Shown piece after piece: positions 52,791 to 62,551 of a stretch of DNA of 64,000 nt (the first letter of the stretch is position 1; every line of letters starts with the position of its first letter). Source of the DNA: Patescibacteria group bacterium. GTDB taxonomy: Bacteria; Patescibacteriota; Patescibacteriia; UBA10025; JAHIVO01. A program made the position numbers and the translations under genes. The notes under the pieces were generated by a model. That model saw nothing but the letters and a program-made list of their open reading frames with translations, was not told the DNA's origin and searched no databases. Location: NCBI GenBank assembly GCA_041660605.1, contig JBAZWB010000002.1, forward strand, positions 239,940 to 303,939, read 5' to 3'.

Positions 52791-53039
52791 GCGGAAAAGC
52801 GAGGGCGGGAACTTAATAATATTTCAAGATCCTCACCCCGTCATTCGACGAGGTCCGCCTTTTGCGGTGACTCTCGAGATCAATTAATATAATCAAATGA
52901 CGAGATCCCGCCCTGGTGGCGGGACCCTTACCCGCTCCAACGGAAAATCAATTTAATAAGTTATCCCCAGTCAATCTCTTGACCGTTTTTTGATTATTAT
53001 TTATTATTATATCGTATTACGATATAGTATATATTTCCT

Positions 53040-53363
53040 ATGAATAAAGAGCTATTAAAAGGGCATTCTGAATTAATTATCCTCTCCGCTCTGGCCAAAA
53101 AACCAATGCATGGATACGTACTCTCCGAGGCTTTGCGCGAAGCCATGCCAGACATGTTTCAGTTTGGAGTTGGCATGCTATACCCCCTGCTGCATAAACT
53201 TGAACGGAAACGCTTGATTACCGGCCAGTGGCTGGAAGTCGGCCATGCACGGAGAAAAGTCTATTCGCTCACGAAAAACGGTAAAAAACAATTAGCCTCC
53301 CAAAGCAAAGAGTGGCGGGCTTTTAATCAGGCAATAAACCAATTAATGTCACGATCGTCATGA
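53040..53363 (+). CDS. PadR-family regulator
   Basis: PMHGY, GMLYPLLHKLE, RKVYSLT. Confidence 0.93.
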   Translation: MNKELLKGHSELIILSALAKKPMHGYVLSEALREAMPDMFQFGVGMLYPLLHKLERKRLITGQWLEVGHARRKVYSLTKNGKKQLASQSKEWRAFNQAINQLMSRSS

Positions 53364-54658
53364 ATCCACAGGAATATATAAATAAATTTACTGAAAAACT
53401 AAACACTGGCGGCCTGAAACGCCAAGAAATTATTGAAGAACTAAAAAACCACATCAGCGATTCAGCTGAAACGGAAAATCTAGAAAAAAATATCGGTAAC
53501 CCGGAAACACTGGCCCGTACCTATGACCGGACTCATCTCGGCTGGCTATATTCCAGAAAACGAATTCTCCTCATCCCCATACTGCTTGGTATATTCTTTA
53601 TGCTAATGCAAAAAATTGCTCCAAACCTCAACTCCGTCGACTACTATTGGAATCCATCCGGGATGGCTTTTACTAATCCAGACTTGTTTTATTTCTATAA
53701 TCTTATCCGGGATATCTTTATTCTCATTCCACTGACAGCCGCCGCTTTAATCGGTCAAACAGCTGCACGGATGCATAAAATACAGACGACTCTCCTGCTG
53801 GCAATCGCCATTACTTTTATAACCTGCGCTACTTTAAATCTCCTGCAAAATATCCCACGATATATCAAATTTTTATCAACTCCAAATATTGTCATTGGTA
53901 CGCTTTATTACGAAGTGCTCTTCCAGGCAGTATTTACTACCGTCCTTCTCAGTATTACGGCGTTTTGCACTATGGCTTTTAGTGGTTGGAAAAGTTCATT
54001 AAAAACTCAGTTTACACGAGGAAAGTTTTACTTCCAAACCCTGGTACTTATCGTCGCCTCTATTATTCTATTTTTTGTTATTTCGTTAATTACTGAAATG
54101 ATTTTGGTGCCTTATGATCTGACAATGCCGGAGATGCGTCCAGCTGTAGGAACTTTTGCTAGAGAACTGAACGATTTTTTTGAAGGTGGCATTGGCGCAG
54201 TGCTCCCGTCAATCGTAGTCATAGTTTTATTGTGGTATTCATTTATCAAACAATCATACAATAAAATCAAAGAGGCCAACCAGCTCAATAGAGCCCAGGC
54301 AATTACTTTTTTTATCATTTTAAGTGCGGCCGCATATGCCTTTATCTTCAACTTACAACTTAAGGAATATTCATCATTTGCCTTCCCTTTGGCCGCGCTG
54401 GGGGTTACCTTGTCATATCTAAAACCGCGTTTTTGGTTTGTCTGGGGGATTTTACTCGGTTTATTAGTGCCGATTCTGGATCAAATTAAAAATTTTCTAG
54501 TTCATTCTCCTACGGATTTCATCCATTCCGGAAAAATGCTAATTCCAGCATTACTTGGCTCATTGATTGGCTTCCTGGTTGTAAATTTAAAATATTCGTC
54601 TTCAAATAACACGCCAAGGCAGCATGTAGAGCACAATAAGCGGATTATTTCCAATTAA
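53360..54658 (+). CDS. PadR-associated membrane protein (HAAS-like N-terminus)
   Basis: EIIEELKNHI...IGNPETLA followed by many TM helices; 4-nt overlap with padR. Confidence 0.75.
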   Translation: MNPQEYINKFTEKLNTGGLKRQEIIEELKNHISDSAETENLEKNIGNPETLARTYDRTHLGWLYSRKRILLIPILLGIFFMLMQKIAPNLNSVDYYWNPSGMAFTNPDLFYFYNLIRDIFILIPLTAAALIGQTAARMHKIQTTLLLAIAITFITCATLNLLQNIPRYIKFLSTPNIVIGTLYYEVLFQAVFTTVLLSITAFCTMAFSGWKSSLKTQFTRGKFYFQTLVLIVASIILFFVISLITEMILVPYDLTMPEMRPAVGTFARELNDFFEGGIGAVLPSIVVIVLLWYSFIKQSYNKIKEANQLNRAQAITFFIILSAAAYAFIFNLQLKEYSSFAFPLAALGVTLSYLKPRFWFVWGILLGLLVPILDQIKNFLVHSPTDFIHSGKMLIPALLGSLIGFLVVNLKYSSSNNTPRQHVEHNKRIISN

Positions 54659-55003
54659 TATCCGCTGCTGATTAAAATACATTTATTAAAAAAGGAGGCA
54701 ACCGGCTGGTTGCCTCTCGCATTACCCTGAAGGAAATGCTCAGCGTCATCGCGTCTCACGCTATCCGCCTTCGCCTTCCTTACGCAGTAATGTGATAATG
54801 ATGGGGGGTTGGTCCATAATACCCCTCCTCAATATTGTTTGTTGTACCGTAATTGGTACATTTTTATAGTAACATTTTAATAAGTTAAGTAAAGCTCTCT
54901 TACGCCACCGGATATAAATGTAAGTGATTGACACAGGCATTGCCTTGTGTTAAGTTGATTGAGTTCCTTTTGCTATCAATCACTCTAATTATAGGAGGGA
55001 GAA

Positions 55004-55360
55004 ATGCGTAGAATCTCCTTATGCTGCCTGGCTGTTATGCTGCTAATGCTGGGAATTGCCGGCTGTGCAAAATCGTTAGAACCTTCTGATGACGGAAGAT
55101 TCCACTTTCATGGAGAGGATCTTCCTCAGATTGAATTTTTATACGATCCCGGATCGTGGCTGATGACCGTTTCCAATAAGACGGACATTAGCGCAAAAAT
55201 CAAAATCCAATCCAATCTGGAAAGTAATGGTATCAGCTTTACTCTTGGGGGTTTCAAAGAGCACAGCTACCATGAATACTACGAAAGCAATAGCACTATT
55301 CACATCGCCATAACCCGGCTTGGTGAAATCTACAAATTCACGGTAAAGCTTAAATACTGA
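55004..55360 (+). CDS. Putative lipoprotein
   Basis: AGGAGG RBS; lipobox-like IAGC after a hydrophobic signal. Confidence 0.65.
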   Translation: MRRISLCCLAVMLLMLGIAGCAKSLEPSDDGRFHFHGEDLPQIEFLYDPGSWLMTVSNKTDISAKIKIQSNLESNGISFTLGGFKEHSYHEYYESNSTIHIAITRLGEIYKFTVKLKY

Positions 55361-55655
55361 TATGGCTTTCATGGCAACAACAATGCCGCTTTTCTTCACT
55401 AACAAATCTGAAGAGACGCGGCGTTTTTTTACTGGGAGTTAAATTTCAAAAATTCAATGCGCTGCCTCGTGGAGGTTGACCCCGCCTGCCATGGAGAGGC
55501 GGGGTTGACATAATCTATTAGTCTGCTAAAATAGGCAATCAAATCTCACCCTTTTGATAGGGTGTTTTTTGATACCCAAAAATTGGCTAGTAAAAGCTAT
55601 AAATATGCTTTTATTGCTAATTTTAGCCAAATTACTATTAATAATTGAGGAAAGT

Positions 55656-56183
55656 ATGGAAAAGTTGTTAAAACTGATAAAAATCAAAAACATAACACCC
55701 GCCGTGCTGATAATATTAATCTGGCAGATTTGCTTCCCTCAGCATGTCATGGCCTTACAAATAAATACCAATAAAAACCAGCTGGTGGCTAATAAATTTA
55801 CGGAACAATGGCTGATGGTGAATATTGCCGATTCATCCCAGGAAAAAGCGTCTTTACGCCTGCCGGAAAATGCGGATCGGCCACAGCCAAAAGCAAGAAA
55901 AACTATGCGCATCTCCGTGACAGCCTATTCTTCAACAGTTGACCAATGCGGCAGCAGTCCGTTTACCACCGCTTCAGGCACGCAAGTGCGGGATGGCGTC
56001 ATTGCCGCCAATTTCCTGCCGATTGGCACCAAGGTCAGGTTTCCGGATTATTACGGCAGTAAGATATTCACAGTTGAGGATCGCATGAGCAATCGTTACT
56101 GGTACCGGGCGGACATCTGGATGGCTTCCAGGGATCTGGCAAAACAATGGGGGGTCAGAAACATCATGATAGAAATCATCTAA
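55656..56183 (+). CDS. 3D-domain (peptidoglycan-acting) protein
   Basis: TAYSS, TASG, IAANFLPIGT, VEDR, DIW. Confidence 0.88.
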   Translation: MEKLLKLIKIKNITPAVLIILIWQICFPQHVMALQINTNKNQLVANKFTEQWLMVNIADSSQEKASLRLPENADRPQPKARKTMRISVTAYSSTVDQCGSSPFTTASGTQVRDGVIAANFLPIGTKVRFPDYYGSKIFTVEDRMSNRYWYRADIWMASRDLAKQWGVRNIMIEII

Positions 56184-56343
56184 TAATGCATAATCAAAAG
56201 CCTCGATTTATAAAGTCGGGGTTTTTGGAATGCTAAATACTTGATAAATACAGGCAATTCTGTTATGATTTGAATATGTAGATTTAAAATCTGCTGTTTT
56301 ATTAACGAAACCCAGGACGAAAATATAATATAATTATTGTCTT

Positions 56344-56498
56344 GGCCAGGTAGCCCCGCCCGCCTTGCTCCGCAACGCGGAGCGGGCGTGGCAAGCCCCC
56401 GCCAGTAGGCGGGGTAAAATCCAGGCAGTGGTCTGTCCCGCCAAGGGGCGGGACCCCGCAATACATTAGAAAAAATATAAGAGTGCGGGACAAAACCA
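56344..56498 (+). pseudogene. Interrupted 5' duplicate of tRNA-Cys
   Basis: GGCCAGGTAGC[ins]CAAG[ins]...AGGCAGTGGTCTG[ins]CAAAACCA. Confidence 0.82.
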
Positions 56499-56523
56499 AA
56501 ATATACGGCACCCTGAAAGTAAT

Positions 56524-56598
56524 GGCCAGGTAGCCAAGTAGTAAGGCAGTGGTCTGCAAAACCACTATTCACGGGTGCAATTCCCGTCCTGGCCTCCA
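56524..56598 (+). tRNA. tRNA-Cys(GCA)
   Basis: GTGGT-CTGCAAA-ACCAC; U73 discriminator and CCA; T-loop TGCAATT. Confidence 0.94.
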
Positions 56599-56713
56599 GC
56601 CAAATTTGTTGGTTTTAAAAACTAAAATGACCGCCGAGCCTCGACTTCACGTCGGGCGAGGCAAACAAATTAGGGAAAAAGAAGTAATGAGGAAAAAACC
56701 GTAGGTTGTTTCC

Positions 56714-58252
56714 TCATAGCCACGCGCGGGGGTAGTTCAGTGGTAGAACGCTTCCTTGCCAAGGAAGAGGTCGCGGGTTCAAGTCCCGTTCCCCGCTCCA
56801 ATCGGAAAATTTGAATTTTTCAGCGGCGCAAAGCCACTGATTAGATAATGAAATTAGGGCTTTCCCGCCAACGAGGCGGAAGTTCGAGCCAATTTTTTGT
56901 ATAAAATTTCTTTTTGCTTCTAAATTTTCTTGTTTTGATGTAAAAGGGGCTTGGTGAGCGTCTAATATCCATTTTCTGAAGAGTTCGAGCCGAGCGTCGC
57001 CCTTATTCTTAAAACTATCCAGTAATTCCTTAATTTCAACCAGCCGGTTGACGATTTTTTGTTTGGCTTTGTCAAATACCTCTTTAGAAATTCCTTGGTC
57101 TAATCTCTCATCAAGCAGTAGCAATAGTTTTTCCTCTAATTTAGCTTGCTCGCCTTTTAACGCCTGAATTTCCTCGCCATGCTTAGTTGTTGCTTCTTTG
57201 ATTTCCCCGTCAACCTTAATTAACATTTTGTCTTTCCAATCATCAGGCAGGGCGACGCTCTCAATGGTTTTATTGATCTGGCTGACCAAGTGCCTTTCTT
57301 CAATGAACTTCTGCGAGCAAACCACATTTTTCTTGGTACAGCGATAATAAACATATTTCAACCCTGAAGGTTTTTTCTTTCTTTCGGCAGTTACCATGCG
57401 TCCGCACTCACCACAGGTGAATACGCCCCGGAATGCGAAAGGCAGAAGGTCTTTTTTAACCCTGGTCTTTCGTTTGGCCGAGTGAACCTTCTGCACTTCG
57501 TCAAATAACTGCTTGGTAATTATCGGCTGGTGACTGCCCTGGTACATTTCGCCCTTGTGCAAAAATACGCCGTAATAAAACGGATTGGTCAGCATGTCTA
57601 CTAGCTTGGAAATGACGATTTGCTTATTTGTCCTACGGCTCACCAAGCCCAGCGAAAGCGACAGCTTCTGCAGTGAATAAATCGTGTGATTGCCCCCGGC
57701 ATACGCCTCAAAGAGCTTTTTGACTATCTGCCAGCGCTCCGGGTCTTTGATGATGGTGTGGTGCCGTAATTCGTTCAGATAGCCGACAGGCGCGAGCGCT
57801 GGCCATTCGCCCCGGCGGAGCTTTTGGCGTATGCCGCGTTTGATATTTTCGCATAAGTTATCAATGTAGTATTTGCTCTGGCCAAAAGCGATATTAAGCA
57901 TGAATTTTCCCTGTGGCGTGGCATCAAACCAAAATGTAGGAAATTTTAAACCGCCAATCTTGCCAGTATCCACCATAAAAATGATTTTTCCGCCGTCAAT
58001 GCTGTTTCTGGCCAATCTGTCCGGATGCCACGCCAAAATGCCCATAGGGCCATTTTCTTCTATGCGCTTGATCATTTTATTAAAAAGAGGACGACCGGGC
58101 ACTTTGGCCGTCTTGCTTTCTATGTATTCGTCAATTACTTCTAAATTTTCCTTAATCGCAAATTCTCTTAATTCCGTTATTTGCGATTCAATGGATAAAA
58201 CCTGCCGGTCGTCCTCGTCAGTTGATTTCCTGGCGTAGATTACATATTTCAT
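56714..58252 (-). CDS. Large serine recombinase/integrase
   Basis: YARKS catalytic Ser, DRLAR, recombinase domain, Zn ribbon CGEC...C...C, coiled coil; 3' end reads through antisense tRNA-Gly. Confidence 0.93.
   Translation of the reverse strand: MKYVIYARKSTDEDDRQVLSIESQITELREFAIKENLEVIDEYIESKTAKVPGRPLFNKMIKRIEENGPMGILAWHPDRLARNSIDGGKIIFMVDTGKIGGLKFPTFWFDATPQGKFMLNIAFGQSKYYIDNLCENIKRGIRQKLRRGEWPALAPVGYLNELRHHTIIKDPERWQIVKKLFEAYAGGNHTIYSLQKLSLSLGLVSRRTNKQIVISKLVDMLTNPFYYGVFLHKGEMYQGSHQPIITKQLFDEVQKVHSAKRKTRVKKDLLPFAFRGVFTCGECGRMVTAERKKKPSGLKYVYYRCTKKNVVCSQKFIEERHLVSQINKTIESVALPDDWKDKMLIKVDGEIKEATTKHGEEIQALKGEQAKLEEKLLLLLDERLDQGISKEVFDKAKQKIVNRLVEIKELLDSFKNKGDARLELFRKWILDAHQAPFTSKQENLEAKRNFIQKIGSNFRLVGGKALISLSNQWLCAAEKFKFSDWSGERDLNPRPLPWQGSVLPLNYPRAWL
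56726..56800 (+). tRNA. tRNA-Gly(GCC)
   Basis: CTTCC-TTGCCAA-GGAAG; CCA encoded. Confidence 0.96.
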
Positions 58253-58328
58253 AGTTGTCGCTTTCGCTTAATTCTTATCAGTCAAAATTGGCTACCCCGC
58301 GGGAGCGGGGTGTTCCGCAATGCGGAGC

Positions 58329-58560
58329 CGAACTTCCGCCTCGTTGGCGGGAAAGCCCTAATTTCATTATCTAATCAGTGGCTTTGCGCCGCTGAAAAAT
58401 TCAAATTTTCCGATTGGAGCTGCTTTTACCGAAAAGTTCGGACTTTCTTTCTATGAATTCAGGCGGGCGGAAGGGGGGTCTGGGGGGAATTCCGCCCGCC
58501 TGCCCTCTCCGCAAAAAAATTAATTAAATGGGCTTTTAAAAAAACAAGGAGATTTTTCGT
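58329..58560 (-). repeat. Internal inverted attP-like junction (arm A + core + arm B)
   Basis: 58329-58420 is the exact reverse complement of 56795-56886 (92 nt); 58415-58560 is the reverse complement of 63473-63618 (146 nt, 5 mismatches). Confidence 0.9.
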
Positions 58561-58690
58561 AATCCCGCAGAAGCGGGATGCGCCGCGTTAAGGATAGCCC
58601 TTGACCCTCCCACCCGTTCGCAGGCATTTACTCCCTGAAATCAGGATATTCTAATTTTGAATATTCATATTTTGAATATATCATAACCTT

Positions 58691-58909
58691 ATGGATAAGA
58701 CAATATATCTGAATAAATACAAACGAATTGTCGAAAAGCTTAAAAGTGCCCGTCTTGAAGCAGGATTAACGCAAAAACAAATAGCAGACAGGCTAAAGGT
58801 GCCACAATCGTATATATCCAAAGTTGAAGCAGGGGACCAAAGAATCGATATTATTGAGCTAAAAGCATTTGCCGATCTTTATAAGAAATCGATCACTTAC
58901 TTTATTTAA
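58691..58909 (+). CDS. XRE-family HTH regulator
   Basis: ARLEAGLTQKQIA...QSYISKVEAG..RIDIIEL. Confidence 0.92.
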   Translation: MDKTIYLNKYKRIVEKLKSARLEAGLTQKQIADRLKVPQSYISKVEAGDQRIDIIELKAFADLYKKSITYFI

Positions 58910-59082
58910 TTTCAATCAATAAAAATGGGCGTTTCTATACGCTTTTTTTATTTATCCACAGGGTAAGTGGGTTGACGGTTTATTTTATATGTGATAAGGT
59001 GTAAAGGAATCAATATTCTAGGATATTAATACGATAAATAATCACATAACTTATACCTTAAGAATTAACCTTAAAAACACAT

Positions 59083-59319
59083 ATGAAACCTAAACCGCCT
59101 ACAAATGAGACAAAAAGAGATAGATTCAAGAGACTTGCTGAATACAGGACAAATGAAGTATTGAGTAAATTAAAAATACTTGGTAATTGCTCTAATCAAC
59201 AAGCATATGACTATACTGAAGAGGATATACGAAAAATTTTTGATTCAATTGAAAAAACGACACGAGCCGTAAAATCAAAGTTTCAATTAACGCCTAGGGA
59301 TAAAGAATTTAAATTCTAA
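59083..59319 (+). CDS. Small helical hypothetical protein
   Basis: RFKRLAEYRTN...LGNCSN...YDYT; first gene of the cargo operon. Confidence 0.75.
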   Translation: MKPKPPTNETKRDRFKRLAEYRTNEVLSKLKILGNCSNQQAYDYTEEDIRKIFDSIEKTTRAVKSKFQLTPRDKEFKF

Positions 59320-59341
59320 GTGTCTTTTTAAAGTTTATTTT

Positions 59342-61087
59342 ATGTCGTTAAAATTACATATATCTCCAAGAATAATTCCAAGCATTGCCAGTCTATATAA
59401 TGACGTCAATAGAATTTTCATGGAATATATTGACAATTCCATCGACAGTGCTGAAAAATTTTTTACTAATGATATTGATCAGTATTTAAAACCAATTGAG
59501 ATTGTTATTAAAATCTCTGGTGAAAAATTTAGGGACGGAAAAGTAACAATAAGTGATAACTGTTTCGGTATTACAAATTTTGGAAAGGTAGTAGAGAGCA
59601 TAGGTAATTCAGATAAAAAGGCGGATTTTACCACAAACGGACAATTTGGCTATGGCATCTACTCGTATATGGCAGCATGTGAAAAATTAGAAATTACTTC
59701 AAAGCTTGATGATCAAGAAAAGGCACAATACCTGCCCATTGAAAGAAAACAATTCGACACAGATCGCCAAGAAAATGTAAAAATTCCTGATCCAAAAATT
59801 GTAAATTTTAAGATGCAGTCTGGAACAATGATAAGTCTGTCCGGTTTTGAAAAACATTCATGGAAAGAAATAAACGCAGAAGAATTAAAAAATGAGATCG
59901 AAAAACACTTCGAGTTATTATTAGCCAGAAAAAATCTTTTTGTTAAAGTTATTGACGCTAAAATGAACGAACATATATGCAAGCCGTATAATTATTCTCA
60001 ACATGAAGGTGAGGTATATGACGACAATATTAACTCGGTATGTTATAAAAAGGGAATTATATCCCCAACAACTGTCAAATTTAATTTAAAAAAACCAATC
60101 CATATTTATCTTAAACTAACAAAGGGCAAATCAATCAATAAACCACCAATTTTTGTTGCCAAAGGTAGACGGGTGGGCGAGATAAAAGACGTCAGGTCAT
60201 TTAAATCAACCCATAAAAGCGATCTATGGGCACACCCAAATATAACAGGCTATATTGATTTAAATGATTTCTTGGATCCAACTATCGCAAGAAATGATTT
60301 TAAAAATACCGATAAATCAAAAGCGTTATTCGCTACTGTTAACAAATTAGAGGAAATTATTTTAGACGAGATTATAAGGGCTAACAAAGAAGCAGAGGAA
60401 CGACACTATAAAGAGCTAGAGGACAGACTTAACCAAATACTTTCTAAACTTGCAAGAATTGATGCCATGAATTATCGGACTGCATTTTTAACCGGAAATA
60501 ACATTAATTTACAACAAGGCGGTACAGGACAAATAATTGAAGGTAAACGCGGATCAAAAGACCGTGGTGGCGACCCCACAAATGAAAATAATGATCACCC
60601 ATTGGGTGAGAATGAGGGTTTTGGAAAAGGAATTGGAGGATCAAAGGGAAATATCCCTGGGGGTGAGAATGGCGACAATGCTTCGAACAAGGAAGCTGAC
60701 AACCCTTTTGAGGACACCGGATTTAAAGGAGGCGAAAAGAAAAAAAGCGGCTTTAATATAAGGATTGTTGACAGTGATCCCGATATTGATCAAGAAACTA
60801 ATAAACCAATTAGATCTTTACTTGTTGGTGACGAAATAAGAATCTTCAAAAAACATCCGGACTTCGAGGAACGGGTTGGGGAGTCTAGAAAAAAAGAAAA
60901 ACGAATCACAGAGCGTTTAGTCACATACATCGCTGGCGAAATAACAGTTCACTATAAAGACAAATATTTTACCCGATATGGTCAACCAGATTATAATAAA
61001 AAAATGTTTTCAGACTTAGTTGAATTTATTTATTCAATTGAAACATCGCTTGCTGATTTGGTTGGCAGGAACTTGTCTGACTATTAA
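59342..61087 (+). CDS. GHKL (Hsp90/MORC-like) ATPase
   Basis: EYIDNSID, DNCFGI, GNSDK, GQFGYG and GT boxes; Gly-rich linker and C-terminal domain. Confidence 0.85.
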   Translation: MSLKLHISPRIIPSIASLYNDVNRIFMEYIDNSIDSAEKFFTNDIDQYLKPIEIVIKISGEKFRDGKVTISDNCFGITNFGKVVESIGNSDKKADFTTNGQFGYGIYSYMAACEKLEITSKLDDQEKAQYLPIERKQFDTDRQENVKIPDPKIVNFKMQSGTMISLSGFEKHSWKEINAEELKNEIEKHFELLLARKNLFVKVIDAKMNEHICKPYNYSQHEGEVYDDNINSVCYKKGIISPTTVKFNLKKPIHIYLKLTKGKSINKPPIFVAKGRRVGEIKDVRSFKSTHKSDLWAHPNITGYIDLNDFLDPTIARNDFKNTDKSKALFATVNKLEEIILDEIIRANKEAEERHYKELEDRLNQILSKLARIDAMNYRTAFLTGNNINLQQGGTGQIIEGKRGSKDRGGDPTNENNDHPLGENEGFGKGIGGSKGNIPGGENGDNASNKEADNPFEDTGFKGGEKKKSGFNIRIVDSDPDIDQETNKPIRSLLVGDEIRIFKKHPDFEERVGESRKKEKRITERLVTYIAGEITVHYKDKYFTRYGQPDYNKKMFSDLVEFIYSIETSLADLVGRNLSDY

Positions 61088-61092
61088 ACTAT

Positions 61093-61962
61093 ATGAACGT
61101 ACAACAATTAATTCAACAAATAACCCCCCTTTACAATAACTACAAAAGGAGAAAGAACAATATTTCTGGGACAGCGGCTCTCGAAATAATGTGGGATATA
61201 GGTGATTTATTAAAAACAAGAATTGATACCGACAGTATTGCTCCACACACATTATACCGAAATATTTATGGCAAATCGGAAGGGAAAGACAACATCACCC
61301 AAAAAAGTTATATAACAAGAGAATTTTTAAGTCGCTCTTACCGAATAAGAAAGTACTTTAGCAATAAAGATCAAATCCAGCAACAGCTACCGAGCCTGAA
61401 AAAATTTATTTTTTTCCGAGAAGCAATGCCGTTTTTTGATAATAAAAAATATAAACTCTCTGGCGATGAAGGAAAAAAATTGATTAATCTATTAAACAGT
61501 AACCTAACGGATAAACAAATACTTTCTTCAATTAAGGTTTTGCAAAAACAAAAAATTAACATACGGAATCCCCGAAGTCAAAAATTACATGAGCTTGAAA
61601 ACGAAAAAGTAATTTTCATCAATTTTTATAATTACATTTATTCATTTTTTAAACATAAAGATTACCGAGCAGCTCAACAACAGTTAGACAATAATCGTAT
61701 TATGCCTAATTATATTAAAGATTTGGCCAGGAATACTAGCTCAATGTCTCAAGATGGGCTAAAAAACTATAACCTACAGATACCACTGATGATCGGAGTA
61801 ATTTGGCAGCAATTCTCTGAAATGGTTAATAACCTCAATAAAGATAGTGATCCTAAAAAACGAAGAAGGTTTAGGAGGCTTATATCACCCGAAAGAATTG
61901 TAAGGCTCGCGGACATGTTATTCGCTCTCACTTCTGAAAATAATTACAAAAACTTTAAATAA
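61093..61962 (+). CDS. Hypothetical basic protein
   Basis: 5 bp after the ATPase gene; IMWDIGDLL weakly resembles the YhcG/DUF1016 N-terminus. Confidence 0.65.
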   Translation: MNVQQLIQQITPLYNNYKRRKNNISGTAALEIMWDIGDLLKTRIDTDSIAPHTLYRNIYGKSEGKDNITQKSYITREFLSRSYRIRKYFSNKDQIQQQLPSLKKFIFFREAMPFFDNKKYKLSGDEGKKLINLLNSNLTDKQILSSIKVLQKQKINIRNPRSQKLHELENEKVIFINFYNYIYSFFKHKDYRAAQQQLDNNRIMPNYIKDLARNTSSMSQDGLKNYNLQIPLMIGVIWQQFSEMVNNLNKDSDPKKRRRFRRLISPERIVRLADMLFALTSENNYKNFK

Positions 61963-61976
61963 TTAATAATAATCAT

Positions 61977-62549
61977 ATGCAAGAAAAAATCGATAGCGAG
62001 TTAAACGCAATTAACAACATTATCAAATCTCTTGAATCTCTGGATGAGGCGGCCAAAAAGCGCGTTCTTAGTTACGTATCAGAAAGGTTGGGTCTAAATA
62101 CTCTAGGCAAGCCCGGATTTTCTAATGAAGTCAAACCCTCTCAAATTAATCAAAATGCTCCAACTGGACAGGATCAAATAATAAATCTGGGGTTAAAAGA
62201 TAGTGTGGTTGATATTAGGACCCTAAAAGATCAAAAATCGCCAAAGACAGCTACACAAATGGCGGCCTTAGTAGCTTTTTATTTACAAGAATATTCGCCT
62301 GAAAATGAACGCAAAGAAATAATAAAGCCACAGGACATAACAAAATATTTTAAGCAAGCGAATTATCCCTTACCCAAAGGAAGACCAATAGTTACACTAG
62401 TAAATGCAAAAAATGCTGGCTACCTCGAATCAGTCGGCGAAAGCGCGTTCAAATTAAACCCGGTTGGCTATAATTTAATTGCCCATCAACTTTCTGAAGA
62501 AAAAAGTAGCGGTAATTCAAAAAGGCAACACAGGGCAAAGAAAAAATAA
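61977..62549 (+). CDS. Hypothetical protein, C-terminal winged-helix-like
   Basis: TLVNAKNAGYLE...FKLNPVG pattern. Confidence 0.65.
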   Translation: MQEKIDSELNAINNIIKSLESLDEAAKKRVLSYVSERLGLNTLGKPGFSNEVKPSQINQNAPTGQDQIINLGLKDSVVDIRTLKDQKSPKTATQMAALVAFYLQEYSPENERKEIIKPQDITKYFKQANYPLPKGRPIVTLVNAKNAGYLESVGESAFKLNPVGYNLIAHQLSEEKSSGNSKRQHRAKKK

Positions 62550-62551
62550 AT

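Larger units (their letters stand above)
51543..52939. mobile_element. Small AT-rich islet at tRNA-Gly(UCC)
   Basis: Bounded by direct repeats CCTTACCCGCTCCA (51543-51556 and 52926-52939); no integrase inside. Confidence 0.65.

Noticed and set aside
54761-54830. 18-codon minus-strand ORF with GAGGAGG RBS (MDQPPIIITLLRKEGEGG)
   Set aside because: Too short to support without conservation or expression data.
47329-56572. Short ORFs overlapping tRNAs and palindromes (e.g. 47329-47574, 48084-48406, 50491-50703, 51221-51520, 56180-56572)
   Set aside because: They translate tRNA or repeat sequence and have no RBS or protein-like features.
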